Assembly: GCA_035510635.1 (NCBI GenBank)
Contig: DATKGU010000003.1
Span: 662 to 64,661 of the forward strand
Source of the DNA: Minisyncoccota bacterium
GTDB taxonomy: Bacteria > Patescibacteriota > Minisyncoccia > Phycocordibacterales > SBAW01
Direction: 5' to 3'
DNA length: 64,000 nucleotides
Below the pieces are notes generated by a model that saw only the letters and a program-made list of their open reading frames with translations, was not told the origin of the DNA and searched no databases. How positions within the stretch are numbered: position 1 is the first letter of the stretch; each line of letters starts with the position of its first letter. The translations under genes and the position numbers were made by a program. Below, piece after piece: positions 1 through 8,685 of this stretch.

Positions 1-2
1 AA

Positions 3-34
3 ACCTGCAACCTTTTCCCGTAGGGGTTGCAGGT
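3..34. repeat. 10-bp inverted repeat (hairpin)
   Basis: ACCTGCAACC ... GGTTGCAGGT. Confidence 0.55.
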
Positions 35-182
35 CAAATTATGTCTCCGATCTGGATTTTCCTTACAAGTGGAGCAAAATCATATAAAACCCTTATATTG
101 CAACGTAAAACAGTTAAAAACCCATCGATTACCACCGTAAGCAACTTGTATTTACGCGCGCGTAGGGAGCGTGACGGCATGG

Positions 183-374
183 TCAGTCAAACAGACTAGG
201 CTGCTTTGTTGCACGACGCGGCCTGCGCTGCCGCTCTGCTCCCCAGATCAACTGGGCGAGCCGTAGGAGATAGTGCAGGGCGTCGCAACCCTCGCGGAAC
301 GAAAGGTCTCGGCCGGTCGTTTCTTTGATGATGCGCCGCAGCTCCGTGACGTCTTGCCTTGAGAAAATAGACAT
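183..374 (-). CDS. Small hypothetical protein, paralog of 8071..8280
   Basis: Shares the gapless pattern EL-x2-I-x5-G-x2-[LI]S-x10-LLRL with 8071..8280. Confidence 0.7.
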   Translation of the reverse strand: MSIFSRQDVTELRRIIKETTGRDLSFREGCDALHYLLRLAQLIWGAERQRRPRRATKQPSLFD

Positions 375-449
375 TCGTCCATTCCAACTCTGGCGACCGT
401 AAATGCAAGTCGCATTAGACGCGCGAGGTGCCCATGTAATTCTATTTCG

Positions 450-1373
450 TTAAAACCCTTCTGGCGGTTTAGTGTGTATAAAGCTATTCACACTAATTAC
501 CTTACCTTGCTCTTTTTCTAGAAAATACGTGAGCACTTCTTTGAGATCAGGCATCTTAGAGTGATCGATGGTTTTGATGAAGTTGGTAAACCCCGCTTTG
601 TTTTCGAAGAAGTTTCTCTGCGGTTGTACTACGTCATGGTCGATGAGTTCGCTCTTCAGAATTTCGTTATTAAAATATGAGACGACCGCCTTGTGTATTT
701 CACTCACGAAATCCCTCTCGTTTCTGGGTGCAGAATAATACTCGCCATGGGATAACTGATTACGAAGCCCTGCCGTGTTCTCAAAAATGTCACTAGCCAA
801 TTTGTCGCCGAGAATACTTTTATACAAATCTATAGCGTCGGGAAATGCCGTTTTATTCCTTTTGCGCCCAAGCGCTTCGATGGCTGCAAACATAAGGAGT
901 AATTTTGACGAATACCCAGTTGTGTTGGTAGCGTCGTTCCAGTAGAGATAAAAATCATTCGGTATCGTCGCCTCTGCATACAGCGTCCCAATGGCCTGCC
1001 CGTGCCTCTGAAGTAAAAGCAAACCCTGAGCATCTCGATCTCTGGTAAAGCGGAACAGTCCAGTGCTAGGGAATGAATCGGATCTAGTGATTAAAAAAGG
1101 CTCAAGGACGAATCGAACATAGCCTTGGCTCACCAGAGAAATTCTGGAAGTTATCTTCTCCAGTTTGTCGATGAAATGTGCGTAGGCCTTCTCCCAGTCC
1201 GCTGCGTTGATCTTCGCGCTTGCGAACCAAAAATCTCCGGTCGGGCCGGTCTGGATAGTGAAGTGCTCCTGTCGAAAAATAATTCCGTCCACGACAAAGC
1301 TCGGATCAGTTCCGTCTCCCATCGCGAGATGACTGATTGATCGGATTCGATGCTCGATGAAGTATTCGTTCAT
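450..1373 (-). CDS. HEPN-motif protein (ApeA/MauJ-like architecture), putative RNase
   Basis: LLLMFAAIEAL helix followed by the RNQLSH (R-x4-H) motif; ATG at 1373 lies 4 nt after the upstream stop (ORF track starts at 1394). Confidence 0.7.
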   Translation of the reverse strand: MNEYFIEHRIRSISHLAMGDGTDPSFVVDGIIFRQEHFTIQTGPTGDFWFASAKINAADWEKAYAHFIDKLEKITSRISLVSQGYVRFVLEPFLITRSDSFPSTGLFRFTRDRDAQGLLLLQRHGQAIGTLYAEATIPNDFYLYWNDATNTTGYSSKLLLMFAAIEALGRKRNKTAFPDAIDLYKSILGDKLASDIFENTAGLRNQLSHGEYYSAPRNERDFVSEIHKAVVSYFNNEILKSELIDHDVVQPQRNFFENKAGFTNFIKTIDHSKMPDLKEVLTYFLEKEQGKVISVNSFIHTKPPEGF

Positions 1374-1377
1374 GATC

Positions 1378-2193
1378 CTAATACTCTGTTGCACTACGCT
1401 GTTCTGCGTCCTTGAGAGCTTTCTCCACTTCTGAGTCGATTATCTTTTCGATTCGCTCAAAGGAATCGAGAGTTCGTAACTTAGCTCGTTCAGCCTTCGG
1501 CATAAAGAACTTAAAGCTCGGGCTCTCCATCTTCCACCACATGTAATAGCCTCGCCAATGTCGCTTTCGCAGACGATCGTTATAAATTTTTATTCGCGTG
1601 AGTGCCTTGATCGGCTCACTCATTTTCTTGTTGGCGTAGGCTTCAATTCCATCGGCGAAGGCTTCGAGATTTTGAGCGTAGGCGAGTCGTTGTGTCGGCG
1701 GGTCTGGGTTCGGGCCACTTTGCATCAAGGCGACAAGGGTTTCGTTCCCCCTGAGCATATCCTCAAAGTCTGGCTTTAGTTGCGAGAGAATACGATTCAT
1801 CTCTTTGATTCGGCTGTCAGAAAAGAGAGATTGATTGTGCAGGTAATAACTCCTAATTTTCAGGGTATGAATGTCGGGATCTCGATACACATCCAAAAAT
1901 GCGGGACAGTTGATACGGTCGAGCGCGAATGCGTTTGGACGCGTCTCCGCCCGTGTTTCTGCTGATAAGGCTCTGATTTTCTTCGCAAAATCTCTCAACT
2001 GAGCTCTGGTGAAATAAATGTCATTGAGTGCTGCGGTCGACCCGACTTCAATGCGTCGCATGGTTTCCCTTATCTCGGCGTTTTTCTCGAGCTTCGATTT
2101 TATGCTAAATCCAATGGCTGAGAGGATGACAGCCAAAAAAGGGCCGAGTCCAGCGCCTATGAGGGTCTGCCATTTGTTTAAAAAATCACCCAT
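1378..2193 (-). CDS. Hypothetical protein with N-terminal transmembrane helix and helical body
   Basis: 271-aa ORF; hydrophobic LIGAGLGPFLAVILSAIGFSI. Confidence 0.8.
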   Translation of the reverse strand: MGDFLNKWQTLIGAGLGPFLAVILSAIGFSIKSKLEKNAEIRETMRRIEVGSTAALNDIYFTRAQLRDFAKKIRALSAETRAETRPNAFALDRINCPAFLDVYRDPDIHTLKIRSYYLHNQSLFSDSRIKEMNRILSQLKPDFEDMLRGNETLVALMQSGPNPDPPTQRLAYAQNLEAFADGIEAYANKKMSEPIKALTRIKIYNDRLRKRHWRGYYMWWKMESPSFKFFMPKAERAKLRTLDSFERIEKIIDSEVEKALKDAEQRSATEY

Positions 2194-2216
2194 GGGCTTA
2201 ATGGTAATATAGATGC

Positions 2217-3917
2217 ATGAGAGTTGACAGTAAAAAAGTACAACTCGCCCAGCCGTTTATCCCGGGTCTTTCTCCGATCCAATCAGCTGTAGATGAACTA
2301 GCTGCGGCGAACATCGATGACCGCGGCGCAATTTTCACCCGTCGGGAAGTGGTCGACTTTATACTCGATCTCGTCGGCTACACACCTGATAAATCGTTGC
2401 AGGACTTTCGACTGCTAGAGCCGTCATTCGGTCATGGCGATTTTCTTATTCCTGCGATTGAGAGGCTGATGATGTCGATCAAGCGGCAGAAATTACTGCC
2501 AACTGCGGATCTTTTGAAGGAGAGTATTCGTGGGGTGGAACTGCATGTAGCTTCATTCGGAAAAACTGTAAGCGAAGTTAGAGAGATTCTCATTAAAAAC
2601 GAACTTCGGGAGCGTGACGCGGACGAGGTACTAGACGCGTGGTTTGTCCGCGGGGACTTTCTCCTCTCGTTCTTCGGTCAGTCTTTTACTCATGTCGTTG
2701 GTAATCCACCGTATATACGACAGGAAATGGTACCGAACGCACTGATGGCCGAATATCGTCGTCGCTTTGATACCATCTACGATCGTGCTGACATTTACGT
2801 GCCGTTCATCGAGTATTCTCTCAGGCTCCTCGACGAAGGCGGTGTTCTCGGATTTATTTGTGCCGATCGTTGGATGAAAAATCGTTATGGCGGTCCGCTT
2901 CGCGACCTTGTGGCGGCAGAATTTCATCTTCGTGCATATGTCGACATGATCAACACGCACGCCTTTCATTCCGAAGTGATCGCGTATCCGGCAATAACTG
3001 TGATTGCGCGCGAGCCTTCCGGCCCGACACGTATCGCCAAACAACCGGAAATAGAAGCAGGGGCGCTTGAACAACTCTCGAAAGCCCTCAGACAAGATGC
3101 GCCGCATAGCAAAATCCTTCAGACGACCGTGCGGGAGGGCGGGCCATGGACGCTCGACGAATCTGATGCTCTCACGTTCATGCGTCGCCTTGAAGTTGAA
3201 TTCCCGACACTTGAGGAAGCTGGTTGCAAGGTAGGCATTGGTGTCGCAACTGGAGCCGATAGTGTCTTCATTGCTCCTTTCGCGGAGCTCGACGTAGAAG
3301 TTGATCGCAAATTGCCGCTCGCAATGACCAAGGACATACAGAGCGGGAAGGTCGAATGGCGCGGGTTTGGCGTGATAAATCCTTTTGGCGAAGACGGTAA
3401 GCTAGTCTCGCTTTCCGAGTATCCGAAACTGCGTGATTATCTGGAACAGCACAGCGAGACGATCAAGAGCCGTCACGTCTCCAAGAAAAACCCGAATGGC
3501 TGGTACCGGACAATCGATCGCATTTATCCTGAATTGGTGGCGAAACCGAAGCTCCTAATCCCTGACATTAAAGGTGACGCGCATATTGTGTACGAAGAGG
3601 GTAAATTCTATCCGCATCACAACCTCTACTACATAACTTCGGACAGCTGGGATCTGCAGGCACTCAGGTCCGTACTATCTTCCGGCATCGCACGTCTTTT
3701 CATCGAGGCATATTCAACGCGGATGCATGGGAACTGCCTTCGTTTCCAAGCTCAGTACTTGCGGCGCATACGCCTTCCGCAATGGTCTGATGTACCGAAA
3801 GACCTCCGTCGTCAGCTGCGTATTGCCGCTGAAAAGGACGATGTTGCTGCACGCGAAGATGCCGTCTCTCGTCTCTACTCCCTATCACCGTCTGAACGTG
3901 CTACGATTTATAGGTAA
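2217..3917 (+). CDS. N6-adenine DNA methyltransferase, M.PaeR7I/TaqI-like
   Basis: Motif [12 protein letters not shown], motif IV VVGNPPY, C-terminal target recognition region; its stop overlaps the start of the REase. Confidence 0.93.
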   Translation: MRVDSKKVQLAQPFIPGLSPIQSAVDELAAANIDDRGAIFTRREVVDFILDLVGYTPDKSLQDFRLLEPSFGHGDFLIPAIERLMMSIKRQKLLPTADLLKESIRGVELHVASFGKTVSEVREILIKNELRERDADEVLDAWFVRGDFLLSFFGQSFTHVVGNPPYIRQEMVPNALMAEYRRRFDTIYDRADIYVPFIEYSLRLLDEGGVLGFICADRWMKNRYGGPLRDLVAAEFHLRAYVDMINTHAFHSEVIAYPAITVIAREPSGPTRIAKQPEIEAGALEQLSKALRQDAPHSKILQTTVREGGPWTLDESDALTFMRRLEVEFPTLEEAGCKVGIGVATGADSVFIAPFAELDVEVDRKLPLAMTKDIQSGKVEWRGFGVINPFGEDGKLVSLSEYPKLRDYLEQHSETIKSRHVSKKNPNGWYRTIDRIYPELVAKPKLLIPDIKGDAHIVYEEGKFYPHHNLYYITSDSWDLQALRSVLSSGIARLFIEAYSTRMHGNCLRFQAQYLRRIRLPQWSDVPKDLRRQLRIAAEKDDVAAREDAVSRLYSLSPSERATIYR

Positions 3918-4651
3918 TGACTGTAAATCTCGCGCAGTATGAAGATGGCGCTAAGCGCGCCGTAAAGCTCTTCTGGGGCAACCGAGCTACTGCTACTCAG
4001 CAGCAACTTGCTTCCGGAGCCGTCGATCATGGCACGCGCGGAGCGGTCACCGCCGGAAAGAACATGGATGGATTTGCTTCGCTCATGGCGGAGCTTGTTA
4101 AGGCTAATGGCCTCACAAATGCAACTGTTATCCACGGCGGCCGTCTCGTCACGCTCCCGGGCTTCTTCCGTCCAACCAAGCAATGGGATTTGCTCGTTCT
4201 CAATAGTGGGCATCTCGTCGCTGCGCTTGAATTCAAGTCACAAGTCGGATCATTCGGTAATAACTTCAACAACCGCACTGAGGAAGCGATCGGAACGGCG
4301 CATGATCTATGGATCGCATACCGTGAGGGGGCATTCGGCGAACAGCCAAAACCTTTCGTTGGATGGTTGATGCTCCTCGAAGATGCGCCGGGCTCTCGCT
4401 CGCCGGTGAATGACAAATCACCCCATTTTCCACTATTTTCTGACTTTAAGAACGCGTCCTATGCAGACCGCTACAACATCCTTTGTAAAAAGCTCGTGCA
4501 AGAAGGTCTCTATACAGCCGCCTCTGTTTTAATCTCGCCGCAAACCGCAAAAGACACCGGCGAATACGCAGACATGAGCGATCTCAGCAGTCTGCAAACC
4601 TTCGTGGCTACCTTTGCTGGGCACATTGCCGCTGAAGCAGCACGAAAGTAG
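3917..4651 (+). CDS. Type II restriction endonuclease, PaeR7I/XhoI family (predicted site CTCGAG)
   Basis: [37 protein letters not shown] signature recalled for this family. Confidence 0.9.
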   Translation: MTVNLAQYEDGAKRAVKLFWGNRATATQQQLASGAVDHGTRGAVTAGKNMDGFASLMAELVKANGLTNATVIHGGRLVTLPGFFRPTKQWDLLVLNSGHLVAALEFKSQVGSFGNNFNNRTEEAIGTAHDLWIAYREGAFGEQPKPFVGWLMLLEDAPGSRSPVNDKSPHFPLFSDFKNASYADRYNILCKKLVQEGLYTAASVLISPQTAKDTGEYADMSDLSSLQTFVATFAGHIAAEAARK

Positions 4652-4686
4652 CCTCCATTTGAATAGGGAGGTATTGTAGTTCTGCC

Positions 4687-5799
4687 ATGGGTGGACATCT
4701 TTCAGTTACATATTTTCCGTTCCTCAACATGGACGGCGCGAAGGAGATCGACTTCGGGTTTCTCAAAATCTGGAACTTCTCAGCGATGAAGGATACCTAC
4801 GTCCCCGACCAAGCCACGCGCGAACACCTCGAAAAGATCTTCGCCATGCACCAGTCGTACGGGAAGCCGATTGAAGGCATCGGGGTCGTCTCGATCGGGG
4901 CGACAGACTTCAGGGCTTTTACGGAGGACGAGTATCGAAAAATCCGCGCCGCGCGGCTGATCCTTTTTCTCTCTTTTATCGACAGAAACAATACGGGGCA
5001 CGACCCAAACGCCGGCCACTCGATGGTAACGTCCGATACCTTCGATCTCTACACGCAGGGCTTCATCGTCGGCGACGATCACCTCTCAGACCGAGCGGGT
5101 GAGATTATTTCTTTCTTGAGAGGCGGCTTCGAGCTCGGCCGCACCGTGTTTGAAAGACCGGGCTTCGTGCCAGCGCATTTTATGTTCGCGCTCAGCAGCG
5201 ACCTGTTCAGTAGCCTGCGGGACATGCAAGCAAAAAGGCCTCGCGTGTTCGAAAAAGTCATTACCGCGACCGAGCTTTTTTTCGAGAGCTACTACAACGG
5301 TCCGCAGCTCAGCAAGAACGCTCGCGTGCTGTTGCAAGCGAGTGCATTCGAGGTATTGCTGGACCTGCCGGAAAGGGATCAACGCAAGCACTTCAAAGAA
5401 GCAATCGGCACGCTAACGAACCTACCGGGCGAGAAGACCTATACGCACTTTTCCGAGAGAACTGGGAGACTCAAAGTCAGGGAGAAAATTACGATCAAGC
5501 AGATCTGGGCGGACTTGTTTTACACTCTCCGGAACCACATCATCCACGGCAATACTCCAAAGAGCAGCGACTTTGTATTCAAGGGTGCACGGCACACGGA
5601 CATCACCGTCCAGTTTTTCGTTCTCTGTGTCCGGAAGCTGATCGAAAAAAAACTCCCGGGGCACCCGTGCGATCACCTCATCGAGTGGGGTTCGTGGGAG
5701 GACGCCTCACAAACACCGCCGACGCGTGTGAACGGATTTGTATATCGCGTTGAAATAATGAAAAAAATTGCGCGCGCCCTAAAAAAGAAGAGCCCTTAA
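4687..5799 (+). CDS. HEPN-motif protein, putative RNase
   Basis: LLQASAFEVLL helix and FYTLRNHIIHG (R-x4-H). Confidence 0.75.
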   Translation: MGGHLSVTYFPFLNMDGAKEIDFGFLKIWNFSAMKDTYVPDQATREHLEKIFAMHQSYGKPIEGIGVVSIGATDFRAFTEDEYRKIRAARLILFLSFIDRNNTGHDPNAGHSMVTSDTFDLYTQGFIVGDDHLSDRAGEIISFLRGGFELGRTVFERPGFVPAHFMFALSSDLFSSLRDMQAKRPRVFEKVITATELFFESYYNGPQLSKNARVLLQASAFEVLLDLPERDQRKHFKEAIGTLTNLPGEKTYTHFSERTGRLKVREKITIKQIWADLFYTLRNHIIHGNTPKSSDFVFKGARHTDITVQFFVLCVRKLIEKKLPGHPCDHLIEWGSWEDASQTPPTRVNGFVYRVEIMKKIARALKKKSP

Positions 5800-5803
5800 C
5801 GGC

Positions 5804-7009
5804 TTATTGCGATCCGTATTGCGGAATATCGCCGTACTGCGGGTTGCCCGTCTCTATCGCATCCTCGGCGGTGCGTAAGTCGGAAGGAAGGACGACGCAG
5901 CCTATGTATTCCTTGTTCGGATTGCTCTCCGCCATCGTGCTATCCACTTCGCGCAGGAACGCGCACATGTGTACGTCGTTGCCGATGGCGGAGAGGCCGG
6001 ACCAGTTGATCTGACTGAAGGTGCCGAGATCCATGTCGTACGACATGATCATGCTGGTTTTTGAGTTGCCGTACTGATCGGTCGTCTGCCCGTAGTAGCG
6101 GATGAGCACGTCGGTGAAGTCCGAGTCGACGGGAAACACATGCTGGAAGATAGCCGTGCTCAAGAGGCCGGTGTCGGTGATGATCGAATTATCATCAAGC
6201 TCTTCGCTGAGGTTCAGATCGACGGTCACGTTATCCGTGCCGGGCGGCACGGCTTGGTCGCTGTCGATCTCCACGTCCCCGAGAGTAGCCTGCGAATTGA
6301 GCTGTGCTTGTACTGCCGCTTCCGCTTTCTGCTGCGGAGATAGCGGCGCGGATGACGAAGGGGTCTCCGTGCACTGCGCGTTCGTGTCGGCACCGGTGCC
6401 GTGCGCTGTCTGCAGCGTCTCGCAGAGACTCAGAGGATCGGCTTGAGCGGGATCAGTCCAGTCCGTGCCGGCGTATGTTTTCTGATCTATCGTGTATGCG
6501 ATGAGCGGAGCGTTCTGCGAGGCGGTGGTCGTCGCAAAGTAGGTCACGGTCAACGATGACACGGGATACCCCTGTCCGAAGACGCTAGAAAACAAAGGAA
6601 CGGTATACGGGCCGGTGAGTCCCGCAACGACCGACTCGTCGACGCCGAGAAAGTTCGCCGGCACACCGAGGTTCACGCTGACCGCGCCTGCGTTATTGAT
6701 CGTCGTGCCCTCATACGTGGCAGCGCCTTTGAGCTTGCTTGCGACGACAGATTGCACGGCGCTCTCGATGGCCGATGTCTGCGCCGATGAGAGAACAGGA
6801 GTTGCGGGAACGATTGCTGCGGCTTGAGTTACTGTCGAAGGTGACGAAAGAGATGTGAGACCAAGTATGACAAAAGACGCGCCGGCGATACCACCGAAAA
6901 CATACCTCACGTGCTTACTCGACGACATTCGCACGAAGCGGGGCTTGATACTGCCGACGACGAGGGCGACAAGCGACGCAAGAAATATAACAACGAGGAG
7001 AGTATCCAT
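5804..7009 (-). CDS. Membrane-anchored extracytoplasmic protein with an internal domain duplication
   Basis: Two N-terminal hydrophobic segments, Ser/Thr/Ala linker, two similar acidic domains. Confidence 0.8.
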   Translation of the reverse strand: MDTLLVVIFLASLVALVVGSIKPRFVRMSSSKHVRYVFGGIAGASFVILGLTSLSSPSTVTQAAAIVPATPVLSSAQTSAIESAVQSVVASKLKGAATYEGTTINNAGAVSVNLGVPANFLGVDESVVAGLTGPYTVPLFSSVFGQGYPVSSLTVTYFATTTASQNAPLIAYTIDQKTYAGTDWTDPAQADPLSLCETLQTAHGTGADTNAQCTETPSSSAPLSPQQKAEAAVQAQLNSQATLGDVEIDSDQAVPPGTDNVTVDLNLSEELDDNSIITDTGLLSTAIFQHVFPVDSDFTDVLIRYYGQTTDQYGNSKTSMIMSYDMDLGTFSQINWSGLSAIGNDVHMCAFLREVDSTMAESNPNKEYIGCVVLPSDLRTAEDAIETGNPQYGDIPQYGSQ

Positions 7010-7036
7010 GATTTTCCGCGCTTAGTTGATAAGCAA

Positions 7037-7183
7037 CTGGCAGCGGCGATTTTCTAGACACAGAAAACCCGCCACGGGTTCCGGCTTGCGCCGGACGTAC
7101 AGGTTTCCCCATACGGCGGATCACGCAACCCCATGACGGGTTTTCTATGCGTGATCCGACCAGAGGCCATGCCACCGTTGCCG
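7037..7183 (-). ncRNA. Candidate structured RNA (unknown family)
   Basis: ~21-bp helix whose mismatches are all G-U on the minus strand, two GNRA-capped hairpins, and an interleaved perfect 11-bp helix. Confidence 0.6.
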
Positions 7184-7296
7184 ATGGTTTAGGCCCTGCC
7201 CTCTCGGGCTATTCAGTTGTAAGCAAATGTTAGCATCGGCGGCGGCTCCTGACCACCCGCTTTGCTAGCGGCGGCGGTAGAGCCTAGAATGAAGGA

Positions 7297-8019
7297 ATGA
7301 CGGCGGGAGATGAGACGGAAATACAGAGAACCAGATTGATACTGGGTCTATTGAAGCAGCATCTCAATGAAGAAAGTCGTGTCGCATTTTTGTCACTCGA
7401 TACTTTGCGGAAAGTCAAAGACGCGCCCCTCGGTAGTACGACTGCCATAGAGAAAACGCTCGAATGGATTGTCGATGCGTCGAACGGAGAAATAACTTTC
7501 GACGTCGTAGAAACACCGACAATGTGGCAGCGAGAAGTTGATACTGCGCATCCTGATCCTGAGCCGCCTGTTTTCGGACCACTCGTTAAATCCGGCTTCA
7601 GGGTATGGGTATCGAATCCCAAGAAAATAGACGAATACTTCAATGCGATCCTCAAAGAGAAAAATCTATCGGTCAAAAAACCGCGCTCAAAGAAAAAGCC
7701 GTTTTTCAGCGAGATCGTGATCGGCAAGTTACATGCATGCGCTGACGGTCTAATCAGGTTTGGGGGAAATGTCGTCGACATGCGACCTCAGCTCGCGACG
7801 CTCTGTTGGCTTTTTATGGAGCATGAGGGAGCCCTCGTCACGATTGATGATATTAAAGAGCGCATTATCGAGGCGAGCAAACGAGCCGGCACCTCAAATA
7901 CGACGATAGCAAAGTATGTCAGCGAACTTCACCGACCCCTCCAAGATGTGTATGGGGGTGAGGTAATTTTCAACGAGAAGGATATTGGCTGGCGTTTTGA
8001 GCCAGAACGAACAGCCTAA
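7297..8019 (+). CDS. Protein with C-terminal OmpR/PhoB-like winged helix, no receiver domain
   Basis: LCWLFMEHEGALVTIDDI...IAKYVSELHRPL...IFNEKDIGWRF pattern; TAGAAT 6 nt upstream of ATG. Confidence 0.7.
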   Translation: MTAGDETEIQRTRLILGLLKQHLNEESRVAFLSLDTLRKVKDAPLGSTTAIEKTLEWIVDASNGEITFDVVETPTMWQREVDTAHPDPEPPVFGPLVKSGFRVWVSNPKKIDEYFNAILKEKNLSVKKPRSKKKPFFSEIVIGKLHACADGLIRFGGNVVDMRPQLATLCWLFMEHEGALVTIDDIKERIIEASKRAGTSNTTIAKYVSELHRPLQDVYGGEVIFNEKDIGWRFEPERTA

Positions 8020-8043
8020 TTCAATATTGAATAACGAATGAAT

Positions 8044-8070
8044 AAGCCCCCGTAGGATGCGGGGGCTTTT
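8044..8070 (+). terminator. Intrinsic terminator-like hairpin
   Basis: AAGCCCCCGTA-GGA-TGCGGGGGCTTTT. Confidence 0.65.
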
Positions 8071-8280
8071 ATGTTGCACAAGAAAGCCCTGCATGAACTA
8101 AAAGAAATCATGGCACGCGACTACGGCGTGCGGATTTCCGATGACCAAGCCGAGGAGCTCGGTGTCTCTCTGCTACGCCTTACGCGCATAGGACTTGCTG
8201 CTCTCGCCCGAGCGAGCGAACAAAAAACGTTCGTTCAGGCGAGGGATGGAAATTCCCTCGGAGCAAAGACCAGCACGTAA
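8071..8280 (+). CDS. Small hypothetical protein upstream of the recombinase, paralog of 183..374
   Basis: Shared EL..I.....G..IS..........LLRL pattern. Confidence 0.75.
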   Translation: MLHKKALHELKEIMARDYGVRISDDQAEELGVSLLRLTRIGLAALARASEQKTFVQARDGNSLGAKTST

Positions 8281-8294
8281 GTCGCGTGCCTCTT

Positions 8295-8576
8295 CAAGCC
8301 CCGGGCGCACCCGTGTGGGGCTTGTAAAAATAAAACAGACACGGGCTGGCTTCGTGATCCCGCGATAAAGGGATGGCCGAGTATCGGCACACGAGCCACC
8401 ACTGGTTGCGGTGTAGCTAACCGTTCCTAACGCAACTACGTACGCCGCCGAATGCGCTTGCGCTACTCGGCCGGACAATTGGAACCAAGTCGCTCTCCGA
8501 GAGAAAACGGATCAAGAGCACGGCGAACCCCCTAAGGCAAATGCCGTGGGGGTAAGGGGGCTCTGGCAACCGGGCC
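8295..8576 (+). other. Highly structured non-coding region (candidate ncRNA or ssDNA origin)
   Basis: Six or more stems across a 400-bp intergenic gap. Confidence 0.5.
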
Positions 8577-8685
8577 AAGTATCAGCATTTATAAGGCTTT
8601 TCACTTCATCACAAATTATGGACTGGATATAAATCGTGTTCTCGGTAGTGTCTGTATAGCAACATTAGTTACTTAAAAAACAACC

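Noticed and set aside
1-450. Left attachment site (duplicated tRNA 3' end)
   Set aside because: No convincing copy found; serine integrases leave very short cores and the element probably extends beyond the window
8480-8488. TGGAACCAA also occurs in the tRNA exon at 10415-10423, suggesting an RNA guide for the recombinase
   Set aside because: A single 9-mer match is plausible by chance; covariation across homologs would be needed
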